This document shows, one piece after another, positions 25,711-37,900 of a DNA stretch of 63,660 nucleotides. The notes under the pieces are model-generated. The model had not been told where the DNA came from. It saw nothing but the letters and a program-made list of their open reading frames with translations, and made no database searches. The first letter of the stretch is position 1; each line of letters starts with the position of its first letter. Where the stretch lies: positions 1,376,642 through 1,440,301 of the forward strand of contig BFEA01000007.1 of assembly GCA_003427395.1 (NCBI GenBank). Reading direction: 5' to 3'. Both the position numbers and the translations under genes were made by a program. Source of the DNA: Chara braunii (Eukaryota; Plantae; Charophyceae).

Positions 25711-28475
25711 TAACGGTTGCCTGCCGTTGTCCCTGGTGGAACGACATTCGGGTATGGGAATGTGAGAAATAGGTAAAGTGGGAAGTTTTCTTTGGGTTTT
25801 TGTGATTAATCGATTGATGGTATTCGATAGAGACCGAATGAGAGTTGATTATGTGAGATGGTAGTGGCTAAGTGCAATAACGATGTCGCATGAAGAATAA
25901 ACATTTTGGCTATGCGGTCAAGTACTTTAACTAGCCTGGTGGTAGGTGGAATTGATACCCTCTCCTGACGTTAAAAGTTGGTAAGGTTTTGGACGATGCC
26001 TCGGATGACCAATATGGCTAAGGAGAAATGAGGGGGTATCAACACGCTGAGTGTGAGGGTTGTGGGAGTTGGCCTTGTAAAGGAGCCTATTATGTTAGAA
26101 GTCATTGAAGGGCTTCGAGGAAAGTCGGGCTAAGGAGGCCAAAAGCTTTATGAACTTGGTATTGGGGTCCTTGAGTCTAGGTTCTAAGCGGTTGTTTGGC
26201 CTATATAGTCATAGGAGTGTGAAATTTGTCCCACGTGATGTGTTTGAACCAGACGTATGGGACGACAGATAGGTGCAGGGAATGCCGCATTGTTACCTCA
26301 CTGGAAGTGGCTACAGAAAGTAGTGAATTTGCATGACGCCTTCCCCTATTAAGGAAATACCTGATCTGAGGGGGTAATTGTAATAACAGTGAAGTAGCTA
26401 ACGCTTAGACTATGTTGCTTACTTTTGATGGGGCGATGACTTGTTGCTGATGTTAGACCTTCGCTTGAATCTTTTCAGGTTTGGACCATCCACTTTAATC
26501 TATAGGTTGAAGTTAAGGACTTGAGACTAGTCTTTTCTAAGGGCATCCCTTACGAGTTATATGTTGAACTCATCCATATATGCCAGATCTTATATGCGTA
26601 TGTTTGCTTAATGTCTAATTATGTGAGGCTATGTGCTTGATGATTATATTTCCTTTAATAATTATCCTTGTCAGAAATATTTACATAGGCCATGTACCTG
26701 AAGTATGCATTTGAACTATTCAGTTTGCAAGGATTTATATAAGTGTCTCAAGTCCAATTACCGATTTATGGCTGTCTATTAAGGTTTGTATGTTTGGATT
26801 GCTCCTCAAAGAGGGGGTAGAGATATTATGCAGAATCCATGTATGATGCGGATTCAGAGGTGAATGGAGTAACCGCTTCTTGAGATAAGTATTTCTCAGG
26901 AAGTGATCAATGTCTAAGGCCTGCCCTAAGGAAGGTTGCAATCCTATATTATTATTCCCTTAAGAGGTCGCTTTGAAGAAGCTATAATTTTGTCTTATAA
27001 GTAGTAGTGAGACCCACGCCGGAACTAAGTTCCTCGTCCATAGTGGGGTGTTGTTGTTGTATCTCCTGTGATAAAATGACTACACTACTACTGAATAGGA
27101 GGAAAGTGTTTGAGCCTTGTTAGATCATGGTCTATAAGGGAAGTAGCTACTACTTGCCACAAGAAACGTAGGGGGTGAATCCCCAACTATTTTTTGTGTC
27201 AAGTGGGTTCACCAGCGCAGGACGGGGTGGCACCACCCGAAGCGTGTATCATGAGGTTGTTTGTTTTATTGACAAGGGTCTGCAAGGAACGGACGCTGGA
27301 ATTGGAGGGAAAAACCGTGAGGTTTGATCCTTGAGTGGGACTCGGGGAGTTGAGATAATCCTTTCTAAAGAGGATTACACTGCCCCTCGCCACAGTATGC
27401 TTCTGTCAAAACTAGGGGAGTAAAATATGGTACTTTCACAAGAATTATATTTGTGAGTACTAACTGTTGGTAATCATATCTTTGACCATAATGTGTCTAT
27501 CATATGTTATGCCTGTCGATATAGACCTGTTGATATGAGATATTTGCATATGCTTCGAGTAACTGACTAGCTTGTGTATGATGTGTTTAGATTATTATGA
27601 GTAGTATTGTTGTCAGTTACTAGGGAAATATATCATTTTTCATGAGTATTATAATTGTGAAATTTTTTATATCTATGAGTGTAATATTATCGTGATATAT
27701 TACCATTATTATTTTCTCTAGGTTGGGTGGTCATAAACACTGGAAATGACGCATTTTAGGAAAAGATGATTTGAAGCCGAGGCTTCAGGAGTAGGGATTG
27801 TATAACATGAGTATCAATATGATAACGGAAGGCGTATGCTGAATTTGGGTTTCCTTCTGCCCCATTGCAAGTCGTCCTGCCTGAGTTTCTGGTAGAGAAG
27901 TGTTTCAGGGGACAAGAGAGAATAAAGGCTGCAGCGGAAGCCGCTTTGAGAGCACGAGAATGGGGGTATGAGCGCTATACGTGCGAGCTGATATATGACC
28001 TATATCTGGATCAAAGATTCTTACCCCATGGTCAAGGACTGAGGAATTTGGTCAACATAGTTGATGCCTATGCTTGCTCTCATGATCCAGAGAAAAGAGC
28101 GCTGACTGGGATGAGATTCGGGCGGTAGTGAACCAATAGAGAGTATCCTCATGCTCTGCCAAGTGCGTCACCCTCAGACTCGTCTACGGCCGCCTTACTA
28201 TGTAGTACGAGTGCGAGAGTCAGTGACGTTTGTGATAATAATTAATATCTGCCTATGCCTAGCTTTGAAAGTTTTGCCAATGTGGAATGTATATTGTTCA
28301 TAGTACCCTTAAAGTTAAAATAAGGATGACTAAAGCATAAAGTCTTATTTGCGTATATAAGGGAGAAAAGAGGTGTGATCTGAATATTAGAAATACTTTT
28401 GTTGCCCCCACCTAGCTTAAGGAGACAATCTGATGAGTTGTTAATTGCTATGCGTATCAGGCCAGCATCGACAAC

Positions 28476-29849
28476 ATGGAGGAAGAAAGTGGTTTCACTA
28501 AGATCCTGCTTTGGAGGAGTGCATACCTCACTAAAGTATTGTTGTGCAAGTCAGTACAAGATTCGATGTCTCCAGACCTGCGGGCCTTGCTGTTTCAGGG
28601 GAGGAGTTTGCCTGTCTTCCTGAGCGGCTATCGTGACTTCAGTCTCGCGAAGAGGTGGGATGAGAAGGCGATGTGGAGCATATTGTCGTTATTCGTCTGT
28701 GAAGAATTGAGCGAGGAAGTATATACCTTTATGTTAAAGTCGCGAACTTGGAATGAGATAGAGACCACCTTGAGGATAAGGTTTTCAGAAGATGAAGCAG
28801 AGGTTCAGCGAAGTGGAAGCCTTGTGCAACGAGTCGGGGTCGCGCCAACAGTAGAAGAGTTAAGTGGTATACAAAGGCAAGTGGGGGTATTGGAAGAGAG
28901 GTTGTCGCGACTGGATGAAGCCAGGCAAGGCAAACGGAAGGCTTCAGAGGGCGCCTCAAGTGAGTCGGCTGGTCAAGGTGAGGAAGAGACAAGAGGGAGT
29001 CATCGAGAATCACTCCTCGTAAGAACCCCGACAAGGCGGACTAGCGTCCAAGGAAGAGATAAGGGCAATGAGATGGTTGAGGTAAAGGAGGAGCAAAAAT
29101 ATAGCATAGCCCTGTCTATCGTTGCCTCTGATTCAAAGAGGGGGCGGGTTGACGGGGAAGCGTCTACAATTGCAAGTCGGAAGGAACGAAGGAGTGGGAG
29201 ACAGTGAGAGCGCTGGGCAAAGATGGTGTGCAATTGTTGTGAAAAAGTTGGTCATACCCCTCGGAGATGCAAAGCAAAGGGGATGACAAAGGAAAAAGAG
29301 AGGCCTAAATCTCCCAAGTTAACGAAAGCTCAGCGGAAAGTGAAAAACCTGGCCCAGGGAGGTCAAGGTACCGGAAAAGGGCAGTGTTCGCGGCAAGTGG
29401 CGGCCGCCCGTCAAGAAGTGGGGGACAAAGCAACACAAAAGGGGCCTCTGTTGGCTGAGCAGGGACTAAATGGGCAGTGGGCACCGTGTCTTCAAGTGGG
29501 TCTGTGGTCGATGTATAATCCATGTGTGCCATGGACACAATGCAGTTGTTTGGGCCCACAAATGAGTATGATACCGCCTAGGCCTCCTGCAGCCCAGACT
29601 TGACCTCAGCCCATGGGACTGTTGCAGCCGCTGACACAACAAGCGTCGCGAGGCGGCATGGCCAGTGGAGGAAGCGAAAGGCAGCAGGATGGAAGGGTCC
29701 GCGGGGATGGAGGACGCGACAATAGAGGACGCGGTGGCAATAAGGGTGACTTTGGAGGAAAGGAAGCAGGTTGGGAAAAATACATTTGCAGACATTGTGC
29801 CAAAGAAGAGCACATAATGAAAATTTTGTCGAGAACGAAGGGTCGATGA
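28476..29849 (+). pseudogene. gag: Decayed gag of the LTR element
   Basis: ORF pieces 28476-29207, 29223-29603 (CNCCEKVGHTPRRC, CCHC knuckle) and 29613-29849 (RGG-rich, then CRHCAKEEH). The N-terminal FQGRSLPVFL...W...TWNEIETTLRIRF segment is capsid-like. Confidence 0.75.
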
Positions 29850-30289
29850 AGCAAGTGGTTTAATAAGGACTAATATTGAGGGAGATGTTTTCGACAAGGC
29901 TGGGGAGTATATCGATCCAACCATCCCTGGGGGAACACAGAAAGAAGCTTTGCGGCGAGATGGAGCATCGAGTATTGCCTCCTTAATGTACTTGTGGAGA
30001 AGAAAGGCTTGTGTGAGAAGGGCCTGGAGTTTTGAGTAGACTACAAGTATAAGCAAGAAATCTCAATTATGTAGCTGCGGTAAATAGGCACAGGGTACAA
30101 AGGGAAAGGGTTTCGTAATAATGGTCCGGTAAGACAACCCGAGTTGCAGGTGGGAGGAACCCCAATAGAACAACTATATATGTGGGGTATGTTAGGACTG
30201 TCTCAAATCGAGTTATTAGAATGTCTCCGAGCGGATAGAGCAAGGAGTGAGTTTTTAGGACATTGTTACGAAATGAAAGTCTACTCCAC

Positions 30290-30390
30290 TAGACTTATCA
30301 TTGGGAGAAGGGGATATGGGGCCTACTTCGTGTCTAGGTCCAGATGAGTGTACATATGTGAGAGGTATGAGAGACTTGGGAAGAGACCTC
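30290..30390 (+). pseudogene. Possible aspartic protease remnant
   Basis: LIIGRRGYGAYFVSRSR*VYICERYERLG resembles the (AL)LDSGS..N.I.E...ERLG pattern at the expected position after gag. The catalytic motif is destroyed. Confidence 0.3.
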
Positions 30391-31449
30391 AGTGTGTGTG
30401 ACGTAGACTCTCTAACCTAGAAGTGTAGTAAGGCTTGTGTATGAGTAATTCGTCGTGTTGCTTAGTTATTTAGATATGTCTTTAGATTCCTCCGATTTGA
30501 GGGATGCGACTACGCTCTGACTGAGACTGTTTCAGTTTGAACTCTAGTCAGTGTTGAGTTGTTTTATGAATTAGACCCCTTCAGTATGGGAAGGTGGTCT
30601 TGTGCTTATTGGAAGACTCATCTTCAAAAAAAATAAGATGTTTTAATAAAAGGTCGCGTGAGAGTTCATCCTAAACAGAGAAGGGATGACTGGGAGACCT
30701 GTTGAGTGGGACCTGCTTCGTATGGAAGGGGGTGAATAGATTCAATGGTATGGTAAGTTGGTTTTTAACGATAAAAGTCTGATGAGGAGGACCACGTTTT
30801 TGCTTGGTCATTGGTGGAATTATAAAAAGGTCGCAAAAAGCTTCATCGTGAGATGTCTCGGGATGTGTAGTTTTCTTGCCCTGGTCAAGTAAGGGGGCCA
30901 TGGCCTTGCGGACCTGGAGGTCATTCTGTTTTGTGATAGTGGAGAGGCTGCCATATTATCTTTATGTTGACACACAGAGGGCTGGTAAATGTCTTTTATG
31001 TGTGACCAACCTTTGCGTTGTCCCGCAGTAGGCCTGTATCGTTGCGACACACCGTTTAGCCGCTTGTGCTAAATCCTGGGCATTTATGAGAATACCAAGC
31101 TAATGGTGAAGTTTAGCATCACTGGGGCGCAACCCTTAGTGTTGGCTGCTGACCGGCGCAACCTGGCAGTGGGCCCACGTCTCGCCCAAAGGGGTAAAGA
31201 CTTAAGGGGTGTGGCCACCCAGGAGGGTTTTACCTGCCGCGGGGGGCGTGGGATAGGAGTCGAGTCTTTTTTTTGAGTCCTGATTGAATGCTTATCAAGA
31301 GAAAAAACCTATCTTGGCGCAACCTGCGAGGGCACTACCGCTAAAATAACAAATGCGGTGGACCGCAGACCTGGCACGATCACCCAAACTACGGTGGGCC
31401 AAGATGGAGACCTAGCCTTTCTGTAATACACTGCAGGAGGTGTGTTGAG

Positions 31450-31509
<60 letters not shown>

Positions 31510-31907
31510 TGTTAAATTGTGAGGATTGTTGGAAGAAGGCGAAAGTGCCTTCTAAGGTCTCGGTTAGGTCAAAGTCCTGCTAGCAGGGTAGAGACCAAGG
31601 GCACTTAACGAGAAGTCGGCGGTTGTCTATGACAAAGGGGAGAGGACGGGTAAGAGGGGCCGTTGAGACTTATGCTGTAGTACGTATGTCCAGTACACCG
31701 ACGTCCTAGTGTCAGGGCGATGGAGACCCAGGTTGGAACCCTGGCGGCATATAGTTATAAGGACTTTGATTGTTGGAGGCCTCAGCCCTGCGTCGGTCGG
31801 CTAATCGGATTGGTTCCTTTCTCGTCGGCATTTGGAGTTGTGAATGGATTTATAGCTTTTCGATCTTGCGAAGCGACGGGGACGTCGCTTAATATGGTTC
31901 GGTAAGT

Positions 31908-34900
31908 TGTCGGTGCGAATACCCTGACAAGGGTATCCGCCCTAGTTTTTGCAAATGATGGGAAGTAAGTTTAAAAGTCTAAGTAGGCCGCGCGAGTCGC
32001 GACTAAGTCTGTTGGGCTACATTGGTAGGATGGTTGACTAGAATAGAGCATGAGTGGGTGCGCCTTCTTAAGGCATGCGTGTGATTCATCCGTTTGATTA
32101 GGTAGCCGGCCTAGTTGACCGACTTGAATCTTTTTGTTATTAGGAATAAAAGGTTTGTTCTTATTCAGGACAGTTGACCGTTGGTAGTCCGACGTACAGA
32201 GAGGGATGCGAGGCGACCACAGCACAAATAGGGCAAGCAAGTGCGGATGCCTAGCGACAGTATGCCTAGTTAAACGAAGGAATGAGGGTCGGACTAATTC
32301 CTAGACCTGAGGGCGGAGCAACACCCATTTATATAGGATACCGCGAACATTAATCCCAGGTGTGGGCTTAGCCTTATAGGTTACGGTACTGGACTGGTAC
32401 GGCGGAGGTGCGGGGATCGAGACCAGCAGGCGACGACTTAGGAGCATTGGTGCGACGAAGGGCTGAGTGGTTGAGGGTCCTGCGGGACTATCCCCCTTAG
32501 TTTTGCTAGGGGAGTCCAAGCGCGGGCCCACTTGCTTCAACGATTTTTGTTGATTTTACTTTTTATTTTTTGCTAGTTATTTTATTTTGGTTTTATCTTG
32601 GCTAGTGCCGGCTCCGAGACCGACCGTGGCCGGAGAGTGGGTTCTGAGGATATACCACTGAGCTATTGGGGGATAGGCCTGCATTTTAATCCCGACGAAT
32701 GGAATGGATGAGTTAAGCCAAGAGTCCTGGGTCACTACGACGAGATGGGCCGGCAGTTGGCTCGTCCTTCGGGACATCCGTTAAAATGAGAACGGTATAG
32801 AGAAGGTTAGCTTGGCCCCTGCGCAAGGCTGATGCGAGCATAAAGCAGGGGAAGGTTTTTCTCAAGGTTTTTTGTGACTACTTGCTATTTTCGCTGACTC
32901 CTCACGTTCAGGCTTTGCAGGCCAGTACGGTATCGGATCGCAGTGTGCTCCCGAGGTGAAGCGCAGCGCCCGATTGACGACAACGTGGACGGGCGAAGTT
33001 GGAGATGGCGACGCGCTAGACAGGGCGCAGCGGAGGGAGGATGGCGCATATAGTCCTTGATGAGACTGGGCAAGGGAGGAGACTAAGTAGAGGTTTTTGG
33101 ACACCGCGAGTTCAGTGGTGTGGCCGGATTCCACGATAGGGGTGTGGGTTGAGTGTTCTAGGATTCGTGGGTTGCGCGAGCCACGGAAGAGCGGAGTGTG
33201 AAGTCCCTGGGCGCTTCCGTGTGAGACCGGGCGGAGGAAGATAAGGACTAGAGGTTGTAAGGACAGACAAAACTTTTGGTGAAGACGGATTAGCGTGAGA
33301 GTTAGTAGGGGGGCAAAGGATAGGAAAGAGCAAAAAGAAAGGGGTGGGGAAGAGTTGGCACGTACGTGGTCATCTTTTGGCAGGAGGTCCATTCGATTGC
33401 GACCTGGTCCCTCGACGATAGTAGTAGAAGGATTATTCGGAATGCGCATGCATACTTCCTCATGCTAGAAGAAGATTCATGCGGGGTTGCTTACCTGAGA
33501 GAGTAACGTAGGTGGAGACAGCGGGAGGCGGCATGGAGGTGGCAATAGAAAGAAGTGGGGACAATGAAGTTCAGCGAAGTAAAATGCTTAATAAGGGGTT
33601 TGAGGCGCTACGAGCGTAATGACGATGTGAGTGTTACGTATGAATAAGTGGTTTGGCTAGAGCAGACACAAGGAGTTGCGCCCGGGAGAGTGTTTCAGGG
33701 TTGCGAAGAATATGCAATGCATCTTCCCTCGTTTGAAGGGAAGATTCATTCTCTTTTTGGCATGGATCAGCCATAGGCACAACCAAGTACCAATTGAAGG
33801 CGAACGAAAGGGAGGATACTCACCTGGTTGGAAGAACTAATAGGACCGAGCACATGGGAAGGGGAGACAGCCATGGTAAGGAGTCGGAGATACGGTGTAA
33901 AGGAGACGAACGAATTGGTTCCTTTTTGGCGAAAAGATTCATTTAGCTTGGTATGCTCCGTCGACTGAGCGAAGTAGCGGGGGATGTGTCTCGGGGTTGG
34001 AGACTTACCTATGCGTTGCTTGGCGTGTCGGTGGATGTAGCGCTTCCTTGCTGTTCTTCGTGTATGGATGAGAGTTGTGTACATCCCCACCTTTCAACGG
34101 AAGGCTTATCTTGGTTTTTCCCAACATTGATAAAAGCGGCCAATTAGTCTCGATCCCGCAGTCAGTTTCTGTCGAAATCTAACCGATTCAGCTACCCGTG
34201 CTTGTCATAGTATTTACTACTATTGGAGTTGACTGCAATGGCTACTAGCTCTATCCAGCTTACGGCCTGAAGTTGGGTTTACCGGTGTGGCTCATCTTCA
34301 TGTCCGCCACTAGGGTCACGATATGGCTCGCTAAGAAGACTGCCTACAACCAAAGTAGGTAGAATTGGTAGGGTATGGAGAGAGAGGGAGAATACATATA
34401 TATATGTTTACTTGCCTCAGGGAAAAACGCTGCACTCAACGCAGGATCATGTATGGGGCTGTCAGTTCATCTGCCTATAACCCAGCGGGAGACTCATTGT
34501 CAATTGCACATTCTTGATCAATGGGGCACGGCTCGTCACGACATGTCTCGATTAGACGCTACGGTCTCTTCCTGCTTCAATAGCAGTGTCCCAGAGTACG
34601 TAGTTGGGCGTTTTTTTCCTTTTTTTGACTAAGGGAAAGAGGTGGAGGGCATACCTGCTGGCCCTAGTATCGCCCATCCGCGGTGCGAGATTGGAGACTA
34701 GTCGGTTGGCCGACTTACTGTTCATCTGGCCAGCGGAAGCTGCAGTAGGACCAGCTACGAAGCAGGTAGTCTGCGGGGCTGGAGGTCTGCAACGTTTCAC
34801 ACAGTGGATACCGCTAACTACTACCGTGTACTGTGGATGTGTCGGGGGGGCAATGCACGAGCCGCTGCCACCACGGACTGGGCTCGGACTGTCATTATTG

Positions 34901-37900
34901 GCCACCGCTGTGCACAGGTTACCGACTGCGGGTTGTTGTTGGTTGTGTACGGGCTGCTCCGCATCACTGTGCACAACTACTTCTGCTGATTGAGTGTGTG
35001 CGAACTTTTGCTGCGGGCTTTTGTTGACTAGGCACAGACTGCGGTTGGGTATTGTGCGCAGACGACTGCTGCTGGCCACTGCTGTCGAGCCTGCAGAGCT
35101 GCGCGCGGACTGTTGCATACCGCTGTGTACTGCTGCGAGTTACTGAAGACTGCCATCGAGCACTGCTGTGGGTTGTTGAGTACTGGGCACAAATGTCTGC
35201 CGCCTGCGGTTGATTACTGCGAACTGTTGCTCACTGGTCCATACTGTCGCACATGGCTGCTGCATGTTGCAAATGACTGCTGCGGATTGCTGTTGATCAG
35301 CGCTGGGAACTGTTGTTGCTGAAGACTATTGTTGTTACTGTTGATCAGCGCAGAGAACTACTGATGTTGGTAACTACCGTGGTTATTGAGGACTATCGTT
35401 AAGTATTGCTGCTGCATCCAAGGATTGTTACAGGCTGGTGGACGGCTACGATTGGGCTTAGAGGAGTGACTGAGATTGGGAAAGAGGGGGGTTAGTATGA
35501 TGATTTGGGAGGTCGGCAGAGGGGCGACTTCGACAGTTTGGCGTGGGAATTGACCAAGCTGCTGCGTACTTGGCTGCCATTGCGGGGCCCTCAGGCGCAT
35601 CAAGGAACCAAGGCCCTCTCCCTTGCGAGTCTGAGTGCACCCTCCTTGGATCTGAGAGTCTCAAAACTTTCTCTATCTGCCCTTCTCACTCTAAGTGTGA
35701 TCTATTTGGTTACGAGGCAGGCGGGATTGCAAACCGTAGGACCGCAACAAGACTATATGGGGAGTTAGCCCAACGATTACGGGAGCTCTGCCGAAACCTA
35801 GGCGAGGTTCTGGAGGCAGAGAACCATCAGTTAATCCATCTCTATCTGTACACCCCACTACACCCATGTTTCCCTATTCCCCCCTGTAACTTGATTGAAG
35901 TATGCATGCCTGTTCCTATGATTTTTGCTTTCTCTTCAGGACATAGCCAGACTACTAAGTAGAGGAATGCATGTATAATGTTAGTTTCAACTTCTTTGCC
36001 TGATTGAAAGCAGATTGTGGGGTTGCATCTGGGGAAAGGGTGGGAAAAAGGTTGTATTGCCTGAAGTTTGACCGGGCCAACCAAAGGCTGGGCCAATTCT
36101 ATAAGTTTCGGAAGGCCGAGTGCTATGTTTTTTTTTGAATTGCCTGGAGAGCCAGACATGTTCCATAAGTTTGGGTGGTCTTGGTCTAACGCCTTGCACA
36201 TGCTGGAACCAGAAGGTTATAACTTTGTTATACTCCATTATTATATTATCTATGAACAGGTTAGTCAGACAGGGTTCCATAAGTTTGGGTGGTCTGACTA
36301 TAGCTTATCACCAACTGCAGAGTGTATTAATTAAGAATAAACTTTTGGTACGAAGGGGCAGGCTGAGTCTTGAGCTGAAAATAATCGGCTCAGCTGTATG
36401 CTACCTCAAAAGACTAAGTGCAGACAATTATACAAATTCTGGATACTTAAACAGTTTAGGACGACTAGGGTGGCCTAGTCACAAACCCAAAGAAGAGAAA
36501 AGTTGTTGTGCCCTATGTTTGTGTATACTTCATGGTTGGGCTAGACATGTTCCATAAGTTTGGGTGGTCTAACCTTATGCCCTATGTAAGGGTGGTATGA
36601 GGGGATAAGTTATTGAAAGACTATGAACTATTGTTTGCTAAATTGACTTGAGGATGGTGAAAGCACTTACCTTTGTGGTTTGGCCAACATATGGCTGAGT
36701 GATGCCCCTGCTTCGTCTGATTTTCAGTTGATAGGTAGTTGCTTTAATTGTTCGCCACGTGTTAGAGTCATAGGAGTTAGTTTCAATTCCTGCTTTTTAT
36801 GGGCTAAGTTTTTTTTACTAAGATCAATTTCTGCATTTTTTTGGATCTTTTATTTTTACTTGGTCCTGTATAAATCTCGGTAAGCCACTTTCTCTACGGG
36901 AAGCGCTGCCGAAATTTCTACAAAACCAAGGAGTTTGTTAAAACTTTATCTTCTTCAGGATCCGGTCTTGTTGGTTTTTTGACCTAGTAAGAATCTGGGA
37001 AACCTCATTTTCTAAAGGAAGTGCTGCCCAAATTTTTGCTAATTCAGGGAGTTAGACAAAATTGGGCCTTGAAGGGTCAAAGTCATTTCAGATTCTAAAC
37101 TTAGCTTTGTATAAATCTTGGAATAACACTTTCTCTACGGGAAGCGGTGCCGAAATTTCTACAAATCTAAAGAGTTGGTTAAAACTCTCTCTTAACAGAA
37201 CTCAGACTTTATGTCTGAGTTCATATCTGACTTTGTATAAATCTGGGAAGTCCTCCTCTCTAAAGGAAGTGCTGCCCAAATTTTTGTTAAGTCAGGGAGT
37301 TAGGCAAATTTTGACTTTCTAGAATCCAAAAGTCTGATTTTTGGGCTAGTACAAATTATGCGATTGCACTTTTTCTACGGGAAGCGCTGCCGAAATTTTT
37401 CTAACTTAGAAGAGTTAGATTGTATTTCGTCAGGTGGCAAGTTCTGGGGATCCCCTCTGCGTAGGGGAGATTATGCCAGGGTCTACCCTTGCTCTGGACA
37501 CGGCTTAGTAGTAGATTCAAGCTTAGTCGAATAGGGTAATTTGAGTGAGATCGTGATATGGAGGTTATTCTCCACGAACTTATAGACTTACCTTGGGGAT
37601 TGGTCTGTCTTGTGTTACAGGTTTTCTTGAACGAATCGATTCAGGATTTGGGCTAGATTTAGTTTGATCCTACAAGGATCACCTTCTGTTATCACTGATA
37701 ACAGGTCGGTTGCCGATTCGTCGGTCTACGACTCAATTCCAACTCACCCTCAATACTCAACCTAAAAAGGTTTTAGCCTTGGAGATTTTTATTGTTTTGT
37801 TAAGGTTTCACCCGGACTTTTATTGAATGACCATTTAACAAAGGTACTGAATATTTAGTTATGGTTGGTTGGCTGGAGGTTGGGGTTTGCATGGCTAAAG

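Noticed and set aside
31508-31760. Group I intron-like words in the 3' UTR (AAATTGTGAG ~ P, GAGACTTA ~ R, ATATAGTTA ~ S)
   Set aside because: I could not build convincing P3 or P4 pairings or find a Q element; probably chance within a structured region. A covariance-model search with RF00028 would settle it.
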